From IMG/VR virus record IMGVR_UViG_2597490325_000001, positions 32,001 through 96,000 of that record: a DNA stretch of 64,000 nt; one strand, written 5' to 3'. A program made the translations under genes and the position numbers. A model generated the notes under the pieces. The model saw only the letters and a list, made by a program, of their open reading frames with translations. It was not told the DNA's origin and did not search any database. This DNA comes from a virus. Taxonomy: Duplodnaviria > Caudoviricetes. How positions within the stretch are numbered: the first letter of the stretch is position 1; every line of letters starts with the position of its first letter. Positions 21,055 to 31,491 of this stretch are shown piece after piece.

Positions 21055-21420
21055 TTAGCCGCCAGCACCTTCAAGTGCAGCAATTCTAGCAGCCAGAGGA
21101 TCTGTAGCCGCTTTAATAGCAGCATTCATTGCCTCGGTAGTAACGCCACCACCTGAACCGCCAGCCGCAGCTGCGAAATCAGTAGTGAATTTACCTTCAC
21201 TGTTAGGGGCACGAGTTTTCTGAACAACTGCGCCAGCATCTACATAAACGATAGTCTGAGTAGAAGCAGTAGAAGATTTAGCGAGAACCGGAGTTCTGGT
21301 AGTGATCAGAGTTACCTGAGTATCTGCAGCATTGGCTACCAATGCAGACAGTTTTACGATGTTATAAGAAACACCTTCAGGGAAAAACTTAAGATCATTC
21401 AGTTTTGGATTGAGAGCCAT
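21055..21420 (-). CDS. Small late protein, probably a virion component
   Basis: 121 aa with Gly linker and C-terminal coiled coil (LAARIAALEG); late promoter 21472-21484; AAGGA RBS. Confidence 0.7.
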   Translation of the reverse strand: MALNPKLNDLKFFPEGVSYNIVKLSALVANAADTQVTLITTRTPVLAKSSTASTQTIVYVDAGAVVQKTRAPNSEGKFTTDFAAAAGGSGGGVTTEAMNAAIKAATDPLAARIAALEGAGG

Positions 21421-21554
21421 TTTTATTCCTTAAATTTTCTATATAGAAATATCTCTAGCCTAAACTATAGACTATTAGTGTGTTTATAAATCATAATACT
21501 TTTTATTAGAAAAAATAATAACACGGTATTAGTTACTAAAAGGTTAAAATAAAA

Positions 21555-22064
21555 ATGAAACTGGTACACACAAAGAAATTTGGTAGGCGTACTATTGTTA
21601 TAATTCCTATTTGCTTAGGTGTTGCATTAACATTTTATGGAATCATTCCAATATTTGTTATAATGCATCAGACTTTTAGATTTTCTTTTGTGTTTATCCC
21701 CATAATGTTTATCAAAGTTAAAGATAAAACTGAGCTTCCATTTGAACTAGTAACCCACGAATGTGTACATATTTCTCAATTCTTTAGCACATTTGGTTTA
21801 TTTTGTTTTTTATACTCATTCTCTGAAAAAAGAAGATTAGCATTTGAAATAGAAGCATACACAGAGCAATTGTTCTTGCTGATTGGTGATGAAAGAAAAA
21901 TATTCAGGTTAATGACAAATCATCCAGAATATATGATAGGTATAATAGAATCAGCAATATTCTCATCAAACGTATATAAGCTACAATCTAACTATGAATC
22001 TCGATTTATAAGAAATAAAATTGCATACTTTATTGAAAAGAAGTACTACCAAATTTTTTACTAA
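21555..22064 (+). CDS. Membrane-associated HExxH zinc metallopeptidase-like protein
   Basis: THECVHISQ and FEIEAY motifs, hydrophobic N-terminal segments. Confidence 0.6.
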   Translation: MKLVHTKKFGRRTIVIIPICLGVALTFYGIIPIFVIMHQTFRFSFVFIPIMFIKVKDKTELPFELVTHECVHISQFFSTFGLFCFLYSFSEKRRLAFEIEAYTEQLFLLIGDERKIFRLMTNHPEYMIGIIESAIFSSNVYKLQSNYESRFIRNKIAYFIEKKYYQIFY

Positions 22065-22168
22065 ACTATTACCCATATCTCTCTATTGAGGGATATGGGT
22101 AAATTTATAAATTTTTTTATTAATATATTATTAAAATGATCTCATAACAATAGTAGGATTGTAATAAA

Positions 22169-24241
22169 ATGGCTAAGAAAATTCACTTTACTAAAAACTA
22201 TCCAATTCTTAAAAAATCTATTGGTACGGCTATTGATATCTTGAAGAAAGATGTTCGAGAAAGCATCCAATACGATCATTTTAATGATCGCCTTAAATTA
22301 ATGGGTATTGACAAATATCAGTTAGTGCGTACTATTTATCATGCTGCTAAAGCAGCTTATCACTCCAAGGGTGAAATCAAAGATATCATTATCGGGAATG
22401 ATATTAACACTGAAACCCTTAAAACTTTCTTAACACAAGCTTTAGCTGCTTCTTCAAATGGTATTATTGATAATATAACCATTAATTCTTTTGGTAAGCA
22501 TAAAGTATCTCTTCAGAATGAGAAACAAATTCGTAAAGAATTAGATAAGCTCAATGGTCGTAAAGATAGTTTAGAAGTTCTTGTAAAAGACTTTAAATTA
22601 GGTCTTACTGTTCCTAAAAATAGTGATAAAGCCACAGATGACAAACGTCAATTTATATTTAAATCACTAGTACAAGAAATCTTATTAGGCTCTATTGTAG
22701 TTCAAAACTATCGTCGAAATCTTAATGCGGAAAATATTTTCTATGATCCGAATGTAATGGCATTTGGTACAAGCCTCATTCGTCTCTCTGAAAAAGATTG
22801 GCGGGGAAATACCTCTGAATTTCGTTTTAGCAATTATATCCACGAATATGATGAGTTTAAAGATACTACATACCGTCTTTATGAAGAAGGTTATAATCAT
22901 ATCCGTTATGCTGACGTTAGTAAATTCTTTGATAACATTAGTCATGATTTAGTTGTTGATGCATTGTGGGTAGGATTTAATACATTTAACTATAGTGATG
23001 AAGTTTTAGAGAAAGCTAAGTTCCGTACATTTGTAAAATCATTACTGAATGTAAATGGGCGTGATTCCGGTCTTACTATTGAATCACACTTCCAGCATTT
23101 GATTGCTAAGATTATTATTGAATATATGTTTAAAGATTTCTCTACAAGAATTAAACGTAATTCATATCGTAATGTCGATGATTTTAAAATCCTATTCTAT
23201 GTAGATGACATTATCATACTGACGAAAGCGGAATGGGATGCTAACAGAGTTCTTGATGGTGTAAATGAAATTCTTGAAGAAAATGGTTTTAAACTTAATG
23301 AAGCTAAATCTTCATTTATCTCTAGTAAAGCTAAACGTAAAAAAACTGATAAAAATTCCACTACTTTCGAAGACTTAAAAACCTTAGTACGTCTTCCAGG
23401 AACCCATTATTTTGATATCGATGAATTAGAATTATCGCTTGAGTATGGCGGTGATTCTGTAGAACTTTATCGGAATTCAATGGAGCAAATTCATAAACTG
23501 TCTCATTATTTTAATGAAAAAGGTGAATTACTGGTTGAAACAGATATCGTTAGCTTCTTAAAAGATCTTGATGAAACTGGTGCGTCTGGATATCATAGTG
23601 ATCGATTCCTATCACAGATCGTTAAATGCTGCATGTATACAGCCCGTGATCAATATCTTTCATTATTGTATAAAGAAGATGCAAATATTTATATTGAGAA
23701 TCTTAAAAATAAAGGATTTGAAGAAAGAATTTTTGCTGAAAAAGAATATCCATATGTAATGAATACATATCTCCGTAATAAATTTAAACTACGAGATATC
23801 ATGTTCCTTTACAAAAATAAAGATAAATTTGTCTTTAGTGAAACTAAAGTAGAATTCTACATGAATGCCATCAAAGTAAGAAATGACGAAGAGATTCTTA
23901 ATGCTCTACAATATTTCTATCTTACCAAACTTCATGATGCTAATATGTTGGCTAATTTAGTTCAGTTGGTATTGGAGAATTATCCTAGTAAAATTAAGTT
24001 CCTTGCAGCAATCGTTAAACGCAAACTTGCTGAAATGAATGGTCTTAATTATACCACTACTAAGTTAGAATTTACTGACGTGTATAATAAATTTATGATG
24101 CAACACTTTGCGGTAAATTACCAAACTCAGCTTAAATCGTACTTGATTCAACCCCCTTCAGCTCGTACTAATGATGCTATGTTCTTCTTTACATATCGTA
24201 TGTTTAAGAATGTAGTTAACTTAGTAACGATTACTGAATAA
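22169..24241 (+). CDS. Reverse transcriptase, Abi/UG-like, with helical C-terminal domain
   Basis: RT motifs in order: VPK..KRQF, YADVSKFFDNISH, GLTIES..LIAKI, FYVDDIII and GFKLNEAKS; 690 aa; own early promoter (22123) and terminator. Confidence 0.85.
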   Translation: MAKKIHFTKNYPILKKSIGTAIDILKKDVRESIQYDHFNDRLKLMGIDKYQLVRTIYHAAKAAYHSKGEIKDIIIGNDINTETLKTFLTQALAASSNGIIDNITINSFGKHKVSLQNEKQIRKELDKLNGRKDSLEVLVKDFKLGLTVPKNSDKATDDKRQFIFKSLVQEILLGSIVVQNYRRNLNAENIFYDPNVMAFGTSLIRLSEKDWRGNTSEFRFSNYIHEYDEFKDTTYRLYEEGYNHIRYADVSKFFDNISHDLVVDALWVGFNTFNYSDEVLEKAKFRTFVKSLLNVNGRDSGLTIESHFQHLIAKIIIEYMFKDFSTRIKRNSYRNVDDFKILFYVDDIIILTKAEWDANRVLDGVNEILEENGFKLNEAKSSFISSKAKRKKTDKNSTTFEDLKTLVRLPGTHYFDIDELELSLEYGGDSVELYRNSMEQIHKLSHYFNEKGELLVETDIVSFLKDLDETGASGYHSDRFLSQIVKCCMYTARDQYLSLLYKEDANIYIENLKNKGFEERIFAEKEYPYVMNTYLRNKFKLRDIMFLYKNKDKFVFSETKVEFYMNAIKVRNDEEILNALQYFYLTKLHDANMLANLVQLVLENYPSKIKFLAAIVKRKLAEMNGLNYTTTKLEFTDVYNKFMMQHFAVNYQTQLKSYLIQPPSARTNDAMFFFTYRMFKNVVNLVTITE

Positions 24242-24243
24242 TT

Positions 24244-24272
24244 AAAATAGCGGGGAAACCCGCTATTTTTTT
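24244..24272 (+). terminator. Intrinsic terminator of the RT gene
   Basis: AAAATAGCGGG-GAAA-CCCGCTATTTTTTT. Confidence 0.85.
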
Positions 24273-24336
24273 ATCCATTTTTAAAAAATTTGATTTATAG
24301 AACAATTCATTACATAAATCAAATGAGGTTTATCTG

Positions 24337-24996
24337 ATGGCTAAAGCACCAGTAATGAAAACCATTAAGATGAAAGAGCTAAAGCTCTTAAATGATCCAG
24401 AGTATGCTACTTTCAACATGTTTAATGGCATTGACCATTCTACATTCAAAGATTTTTCTAAATTTTTAGAAGATATTATTACTAAAAATAGAGAAATTGA
24501 TGAAAAAGAAAGAAATCATAAAGCTAAAATGGCTTTTGATAAGAAAAATGACCCTAAAGCTAAAGCTGAATATCTTCCATCAGAGACTAAGATTAAACGA
24601 ATTAATCTGAATATTAATAGTCATGGAGGATACGTTAGTGTAATGCACAATATTGTGATGCTTATGGAAACTTCACCAATTCCTATTGACACATATTGTT
24701 TTGCAGATGCACAAAGCGCTGGTTTCTATATTTTTATTCATGGAAAACAGAGATATCTTGGTAAATTCGCTATGCCTATGAGCCATAGTATGTTTGCTTG
24801 GAATATTGGTACAGTTCCAGCTATAGCTAGATATACTGAAACACTGGTAGCCACAAATAAAGGTATCCAGGATGTTATTGCTAAGAAGACTAAAATTCCT
24901 AAAAAATTCTTAGTTGAAAAAGAAGATGTTGATGTCTTCTTTACAATAGAAGAATGTGTTAAATATAAAATAACTGACTTTGTCGTAGAGGACTGA
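24337..24996 (+). CDS. ClpP-like protease
   Basis: INSHGGYV, AQSAG (catalytic Ser), MSH (His) and DVFFT..ECVKYKITD. Confidence 0.8.
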   Translation: MAKAPVMKTIKMKELKLLNDPEYATFNMFNGIDHSTFKDFSKFLEDIITKNREIDEKERNHKAKMAFDKKNDPKAKAEYLPSETKIKRINLNINSHGGYVSVMHNIVMLMETSPIPIDTYCFADAQSAGFYIFIHGKQRYLGKFAMPMSHSMFAWNIGTVPAIARYTETLVATNKGIQDVIAKKTKIPKKFLVEKEDVDVFFTIEECVKYKITDFVVED

Positions 24997-24997
24997 T

Positions 24998-25396
24998 ATG
25001 TCTAGCGTTAAGATTACACCTGTAGATAATACTACTTTTCGTATGAATTCTAAATTACCACATGGTAGTATTATGCTTACCAATGAAGGTATCCGTCTAA
25101 GTGAAAAACTTGGTAAAACTATTTATAATAATCTAAAAGGCGTAGCAAAGAAATCAAGTAAAATCTTAGCTGGACTAAGTTTAGATGATTCAGGTAGTTT
25201 TGTAGTAAGGTTTAAAGATGTCATTGAAAAAGAAGGTTTCACAATTCGCCGTGATTTTAATTTGTATCCTTGTCTTATTAATCTCAATCGTGATGAGTTA
25301 TTTGGACTTTACGATATAATTGGCGGTCTTGAACTGGAAGTAGCTAGTATTGATTTCAATGAAGATAAAGAATTCATTGGATTTACCGTAGTGTAA
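24998..25396 (+). CDS. Hypothetical protein
   Basis: 132-aa ORF, GAGGA RBS. Confidence 0.7.
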   Translation: MSSVKITPVDNTTFRMNSKLPHGSIMLTNEGIRLSEKLGKTIYNNLKGVAKKSSKILAGLSLDDSGSFVVRFKDVIEKEGFTIRRDFNLYPCLINLNRDELFGLYDIIGGLELEVASIDFNEDKEFIGFTVV

Positions 25397-25451
25397 TAAA
25401 ACTCCCTATATCCCTCTTTCGGGGATATAGGGGTTTATTTACTTTTTTTTT

Positions 25452-28400
25452 TTACTCTTCTAGGATATCTAAAACTTGGCGTTTAAGTTCAATAAGAACT
25501 TTGTTAGCTCCACCTTGTAAATAGAAGTCCATTGTCATACGGCTAATGATTGAGAGAGGCGACAATAGTGCTGATACTTCTTCCTCTGGATGAAGTTCAG
25601 AATAAGGCGCTTTCTCAGTATCAACTGTATTAGCAACGATGGTTTTAAGACTAGTAAAGAACGTAATTTTATCACCAACATCTAATGGGTCTAAATGCTG
25701 AATGAGATATTGAATAACTACACCTTGTACTTCATTACCCATAAGTTTATTCGATTCGATCATTTCAGTAGAAGGAGTCTGAATAAATTCATCAGGAGAG
25801 ATATTCTTAAGAGAAGATGATTTTTCATCATATTTTTCAATATAACTTTGTACTACTTTTCTTAAGGTAGGGTGCATTTTTTCAATAGGAGTATTATAGT
25901 AGAGTTTCATATCTACTATTCTACCAGCATACTTAGCTTTTGCAGAAGAACGAGCCAACTCACTAATGGAAGCTTGAGTTTGTTTATCAAGTTTTTCTAA
26001 GGCAGCAATAGCTAATGCTTCATCATTCCCTACTTCTTCAAAGATAACAAGCGCATCATTAACTTCGATTTCATCACCAACTTGAGCCATTTTGATGATT
26101 CGGGAATTAGCCTTAAGGATAACATCACGTTTGTTAATAACTTCAGAAGAAAGATCTTTAGAAAGGGTATCAGTTACTACAGCACTATCCTCAAATGTTT
26201 CAGGGAGAGCCATAATAGCAACTTTAGATAAACGTCCACCTGCAAAGCAAATGCTTCCATCAAGAGTTTCTTTAAAGAAATTCTTATCATATGCTATTAC
26301 TTTACCAGCTTTAAACTTGCTTCCAACTTTAATACCATTAACTAAATCCAATTTATTTTGGATGTAGAAACCGCCACCTGAGTTTTTAGCAGCTTTCATA
26401 CTGATATCGATTGCAGAAGTTGTACCATCAATATATTCAATGAATACAAGATTTTTTTCTTCATCAATACTAGTAATTTTACCGTCTTTAACCGCTTTCC
26501 AAGCAAATTCTTGACCAATAATATGAGCAAGAGCCTTATCAACACCAGTACCTACAAGAGTAGGATGCTGAACTTTAGTATTAATAATATGCTTGTTCTG
26601 AGTAGTTGCCATGATTGCCCTAGGAGCATCAGCATGTTTTGGAGTAAACCCGTTAACCAACTCAGCAGCACTAAATAAGTTATCTGCAGTGAAATCCTTG
26701 ATATCCTTCTCACGAATATAGCCCCTAATTGTATCAATTTTGGGGTTAAACGCCATAGAACGGTTTACACCTATCTGTGCCGAAATTGGTGAGAAAATAC
26801 CATAAAGACCGAGCATTGTCTTACTATAAGCACGGTTCTCAGCAATATAAGAATCTTCTGAGTTCAGACCAGATGGCCCTTTAAATGTAACCTTACTTTT
26901 CGCTTCAATTTCTTGAATAGGGTTAAGAGTTGAATATTCTTCAACGTTAGGCATAGCCTGAATACGTCTAATAACATCATCTCTCTTAACTGAAATAGTT
27001 TGAGGTACACCAGAACCAGTAGAACGCTTATAGTTGTTAAATGCATCCACTAAAGAGTTATAAAAAGCTACTGCAATTACTTCACTATCACGGATACGAA
27101 AATGATACATGTCATTTTTTCTATCACGTTGGTAGTCACCTAGAAGGTTATTACCGTATAACAGAAGTTCTGTGAAGTTAGTAGGCATTTTAAGTTCTTT
27201 AAGAATCTCTAGAGTGATAGGATCAATCATGGAGTTTTCAAAGTTAACCAATGCTTTTGCAGTGTTACGACTACCTGAATGAGTCTCAAAATAATCAAGG
27301 AAGATAGGAGACATTCGAGTAGCTTCTTCCAGTTTATATTCATTTGCATTCAAGAATAATAAGCCGTTAGCAAAAAGTTCTTTTGCTGGATCAAACTTAG
27401 TATCAATAAATACATAAAAATCACTGAAAGTTAATAGGACTTCGGAATCAGTTTTAGCTACACGTTTCTCTTCAATACGATAAGGAATATCATAAAGATC
27501 AAGAGCTGGAAGGAGACCTCTATATGCTGCTACCAGTACACCCAATGCTACAGATGTAGATACAATCTTCATGTTTGTATAAGACAAACTTAGAGACGGT
27601 TTAGTAGATTTTAATGCATCTTGAATTTCAGGGTCTTTACTACCAGTAAGAATATCTAGAATAAACTTAGTAAGATTATCTGAAAGAGCTTCATATTTCT
27701 TACCAGTTTCATAACCTACGATATTTCTTGTAGCAATTTCTTCTAAAATAACTGTTTTACCTTTGAAACCAATAGGAATATACTTATCGTAATCAATAGT
27801 AATTTTCTTATTAGCTAAAGTTTCCCTGATTTCCTTTTGGTTAAGACGAATATCATAACCTTCAAGAGAAATAGCAAAGAGCTTACGGGATAAATAGTTA
27901 TATGGAATACTGATATTAAACTCTAAGTTGGATTCGTAGCTGTTACCATGTTTCTTAGTGATACTAGCTATTTCTTTACCAACTAGAATTCGAATTACTC
28001 TATCGATTTGACCATTAATCTTATCTCCTTTACGATATAAGAAGGTCTTTTTATAGTTAGTAGTAATTTGAACCCTATCGTTCGCTTCTTTGATTACTGG
28101 AAGAACGATAGATTGTTTAGCAATAAAGTTTTTGTTACCATTAATCAGCATGAAACCATCATGTGAAAGAATAGGAACATTTACCCTAAATTGATGGCGT
28201 TTGAAAGTTTTATCCATATATTCGATATGGTATTCATTAGCCTTAGTCAAAGGGTTAGATACATTAGTTACTTCGAGTTTAGTTACTACTACAGGATGTT
28301 CAGGATCATTATTCAAACATTTGATAATATTTGCAATGTCCTTTTTAAATCCTTTCTTATAATAACTATGAGTAATAGAACTAGTACGGAAAGATTTTAC

Positions 28401-29633
28401 TTTAGGGTTAATGATACTATCATCATTTACTCTAATATCTTCAAGCGTATTAGATTCAGCAAGTTTATTTGCTTCTAATTCAAATTCTTTTAATGCAGCT
28501 TCTTGAAGCTTTAAGTTATTATTAAGGAATTTTTCATTTTCCTCTCTAACTTTTTCAGTATAAGCATTAACGGTAGATGTATTTAAAACAGTATCTAAAT
28601 CAATATCACCATCTTTTAAAGCACCATCTACAATTTCTAAATCAGGAGCTTCACTATCAGTAGAACTACCAATAGTGTATTTATCGTCTTCTACAGAATC
28701 ATTATCAGTAGAATTATCGTCATTAGTTTTTTCTTCAGACTCATCTTCAGTGGAATCATCTGTAGCAGTGAATCGTTTAGAATCAGGTTCATTATCTGTA
28801 GATTCTGAATCATCTTCATCTTCGTCATGCTGATAAGCTAATGATTGATCATATAACTCTTGATCTTTAGGGTCAATTTTAGTTACTACTTCTAAATCAG
28901 GATCATTTACTTCCTGTTTCTGAGCAATAGCTTTACCAAGTTTAATTACTTTATTAATTAAATTGATAATTTGAGTTTTCTTATTAATATCATTCAAATC
29001 AGGTCTATAAACTAGATTACCAATTTGATGGAAGAAAACTAAATCAATTCCCTTAAAGAGATCATTAATTACTTTAGGTTCTTTTTTCAAACCATATAAG
29101 AAAGTATTGATAAAGAAATCAGGTTCTTCATCTAAGTCAAGAAATAATTGATAATCTACTTTCTTAGGTAATTGACTGATAAAGCTCTTAATGATGTTCT
29201 TAAACATCATGTAACCAGTTACATAAGTTTTCTTTTTATTTGCACAATATTGGTTATATGATTCTCTATATTTAGACAAATCAGCAAATACTGGCTTATT
29301 GGAGAACTTAGGTGATTCAATTAAATCAATGGTTTTTAATCTAGAAAAAAGAATACGAGAGTTCTTTAGCTCCAGATAGTAGTCATTAGCTCCTACAGAA
29401 TCTTTCCTAGTAGTCATTGTATTAGGATTGATTTTAATAGGAGGATAAAAGATTTTCTTAGTACTATTAGGTATGACTCGAATCATCTCAAAGTCACGTT
29501 CTATACTAGTAACAGAGTTGTCATTAAATAAAATATTACATAAAGGTTTCTTTCTTTTAGAGATATTAACTAAAAGTTTTTCCACTTTGTATATTTTATT
29601 AGGTCTTACTCTATCTATATTGATGATAGCCAT
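25452..29633 (-). CDS. rpoB: Phage RNA polymerase beta-like large subunit (probably the virion RNAP)
   Basis: GFMLINGNKNFIAKQ, HADAPRAIMATTQNKH, TFEDSAVV, GDKITF and LSPLSIISRMT correspond to conserved beta regions; lacks the beta C-terminal clamp segment; late promoter at 29667-29679; likely start is the ATG at 29633. Confidence 0.9.
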   Translation of the reverse strand: MAIINIDRVRPNKIYKVEKLLVNISKRKKPLCNILFNDNSVTSIERDFEMIRVIPNSTKKIFYPPIKINPNTMTTRKDSVGANDYYLELKNSRILFSRLKTIDLIESPKFSNKPVFADLSKYRESYNQYCANKKKTYVTGYMMFKNIIKSFISQLPKKVDYQLFLDLDEEPDFFINTFLYGLKKEPKVINDLFKGIDLVFFHQIGNLVYRPDLNDINKKTQIINLINKVIKLGKAIAQKQEVNDPDLEVVTKIDPKDQELYDQSLAYQHDEDEDDSESTDNEPDSKRFTATDDSTEDESEEKTNDDNSTDNDSVEDDKYTIGSSTDSEAPDLEIVDGALKDGDIDLDTVLNTSTVNAYTEKVREENEKFLNNNLKLQEAALKEFELEANKLAESNTLEDIRVNDDSIINPKVKSFRTSSITHSYYKKGFKKDIANIIKCLNNDPEHPVVVTKLEVTNVSNPLTKANEYHIEYMDKTFKRHQFRVNVPILSHDGFMLINGNKNFIAKQSIVLPVIKEANDRVQITTNYKKTFLYRKGDKINGQIDRVIRILVGKEIASITKKHGNSYESNLEFNISIPYNYLSRKLFAISLEGYDIRLNQKEIRETLANKKITIDYDKYIPIGFKGKTVILEEIATRNIVGYETGKKYEALSDNLTKFILDILTGSKDPEIQDALKSTKPSLSLSYTNMKIVSTSVALGVLVAAYRGLLPALDLYDIPYRIEEKRVAKTDSEVLLTFSDFYVFIDTKFDPAKELFANGLLFLNANEYKLEEATRMSPIFLDYFETHSGSRNTAKALVNFENSMIDPITLEILKELKMPTNFTELLLYGNNLLGDYQRDRKNDMYHFRIRDSEVIAVAFYNSLVDAFNNYKRSTGSGVPQTISVKRDDVIRRIQAMPNVEEYSTLNPIQEIEAKSKVTFKGPSGLNSEDSYIAENRAYSKTMLGLYGIFSPISAQIGVNRSMAFNPKIDTIRGYIREKDIKDFTADNLFSAAELVNGFTPKHADAPRAIMATTQNKHIINTKVQHPTLVGTGVDKALAHIIGQEFAWKAVKDGKITSIDEEKNLVFIEYIDGTTSAIDISMKAAKNSGGGFYIQNKLDLVNGIKVGSKFKAGKVIAYDKNFFKETLDGSICFAGGRLSKVAIMALPETFEDSAVVTDTLSKDLSSEVINKRDVILKANSRIIKMAQVGDEIEVNDALVIFEEVGNDEALAIAALEKLDKQTQASISELARSSAKAKYAGRIVDMKLYYNTPIEKMHPTLRKVVQSYIEKYDEKSSSLKNISPDEFIQTPSTEMIESNKLMGNEVQGVVIQYLIQHLDPLDVGDKITFFTSLKTIVANTVDTEKAPYSELHPEEEVSALLSPLSIISRMTMDFYLQGGANKVLIELKRQVLDILEE

Positions 29634-29734
29634 ATTACCTACCAATATGAGTTATGTATGTAAATTCTAAAACTATGTTTGAAAAATACTAAAATTACCA
29701 CTTTTCTAAAAATAGTAAGAATTTACATTGAAAT

Positions 29735-30016
29735 AAAATTCCCTATTACACTTTAGAAATGTAATAGGGGTTTAACTTTTGTTCTGTATTCCTTGCTAAT
29801 TATTTAATATTTCGAACGTTAGTGAGAAATATTAAATAATAATTAGGTTTATATCGAAATTAGATTTATTTACGTAGTAAATAAATTTAATGAGATATAA
29901 ACATCCTAACCCCTAAATCCCCTTTCCTTCGTGACATTTTGGAAGTTTAAGAGAATCTAGGAATTAGTTAATGTTTAATGGTAAATTTTATACTCATTAA
30001 TTATTTTTCTATTTCT
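29735..30016 (-). other. Non-coding region with two long AT-rich hairpins; candidate replication origin or ncRNA
   Basis: Inverted repeats at about 29797-29846 and 29847-29902, minus-strand late promoter at 30015-30027, terminator-like hairpin at 29741-29769. Confidence 0.4.
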
Positions 30017-30219
30017 ATCAGAATGTTAGTAAATTTAAATTTTAAATTTTTGATAAAAATTATTACATCTTTAAAAGATTTATTATTTAATACAAAATTT
30101 TTAGATAATTAAAATTTTAAAATGATAATTAAAGACATATTATTTACTTGACTTAAGATAGTTATTAATCTATAATAATATTAATAACGAATTACAACCA
30201 AAGGCGAGAAACGAAAGAT

Positions 30220-31296
30220 ATGCAACCTATTGAGGGTATTGACAAAGCTATTAAAGATCTTACCAGTCTAACTAAGTCATATCAACATCTACCAGTATCG
30301 AATAATATACAAGTAGAAATTGCGAATCTTTTCAAACTTCGTGATCTTGTTAACTATAATTGTAGTCAGTTTCCAAGTCAAACTGAACTAGCTGCAATTT
30401 ATCGTCGTATATCTGGTAATGTTACGTTTGAAAAGGCAGTTAATAAAGGTCGTAGAAATGTTAGTAATTTCAATCTACGATTTGCAACCACGAATAAACA
30501 TAAGCTGAAAGAATTTCTAGAGTATGTAGAATCTGATCAGACTTATCAATGTATGTCTGCTTTCTTCAATGTAAGTGACAAAGTACTTGAAGAACTAGAC
30601 GTACCAGAGACAGAAACTTCGTTTACTTATAATGCATTATTAAAATCTAATAAGTATTCTGAAAAGTATCTTGATTCTCTAATCATGTCTGAGGATTCAG
30701 GCTTGATTGTACCTATTCTTGGATGTAACGTTCCAGGAGTAATTTCGGCTCGTTATGGTTTTCAAAATGAAGGCTTAGAACTGGCTGAAAACTTCCGTAA
30801 GTATTATATTACAGAAACTACTATGACATCTAGTCAAAAGGAAGAATGTAATCGTTTACTAGATAACCGAGATATTCGAAATTGTGTAGTTATTCTATGT
30901 TCCATTGTAGAAAAAGCTCAAAACGATTTAGAAAATAATTATCCAGCTATCCTTACTACAACTGCAGCTTTGTCATATCATGGAAAAGAAATCCGCAATG
31001 CAACTGGTACCTTAAATGGTATTATTAGTACTAGACTAATTAAGAGTCTTTTTAGTAATAGTATTGGCGTTAAAGATTTTCTATTAGCGCTTCGTGGTTT
31101 TGGTTACAATCCGATTTTCCAAATTTCGGAATCTTATATGCCTTATGATGACCACGGGGTATTATTCTCTGTAGCATCAACAGTAAGATTAGAAGATACG
31201 AAAGGTTATTTCAACCATCGTAGAAATGCATTTAACGCAGTTTTATTAAGTCTTATCAGTTCTGTAGTTTTACCTTCCAGCGAATTCGAAAGCTGA
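30220..31296 (+). CDS. HAM1/RdgB-like non-canonical purine NTP pyrophosphatase
   Basis: FATTNKHKLKEF, ET..SF..NALLK, SEDSGL..LG..PGVISARY, GFGYNPIF and NHRRNAF. Confidence 0.85.
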   Translation: MQPIEGIDKAIKDLTSLTKSYQHLPVSNNIQVEIANLFKLRDLVNYNCSQFPSQTELAAIYRRISGNVTFEKAVNKGRRNVSNFNLRFATTNKHKLKEFLEYVESDQTYQCMSAFFNVSDKVLEELDVPETETSFTYNALLKSNKYSEKYLDSLIMSEDSGLIVPILGCNVPGVISARYGFQNEGLELAENFRKYYITETTMTSSQKEECNRLLDNRDIRNCVVILCSIVEKAQNDLENNYPAILTTTAALSYHGKEIRNATGTLNGIISTRLIKSLFSNSIGVKDFLLALRGFGYNPIFQISESYMPYDDHGVLFSVASTVRLEDTKGYFNHRRNAFNAVLLSLISSVVLPSSEFES

Positions 31297-31491
31297 AGGT
31301 AATCTATAGGGTTTATAAAAGATCTTCACCACATAACAGGTTTATGTGAGACTAGGATACCGACATCCTAAAAACCTACTTATTGAAAATTTAAAGCATA
31401 AATTGCTGATATATTATTTTAGTGAGTAGGATGACGTATTTGTCAATCACTTTATCATTTCAAACAAATCTCTAAACAAGGAATACTTATC

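Noticed and set aside
22064-22168. Retron msr-msd or DRT ncRNA upstream of the RT
   Set aside because: The gap is filled by the previous gene's terminator and the early promoter, leaving about 30 nt of leader
22169-24241. Diversity-generating retroelement
   Set aside because: No TR/VR repeat pair or avd-like gene noticed nearby by eye, and the RT is much longer than typical DGR RTs
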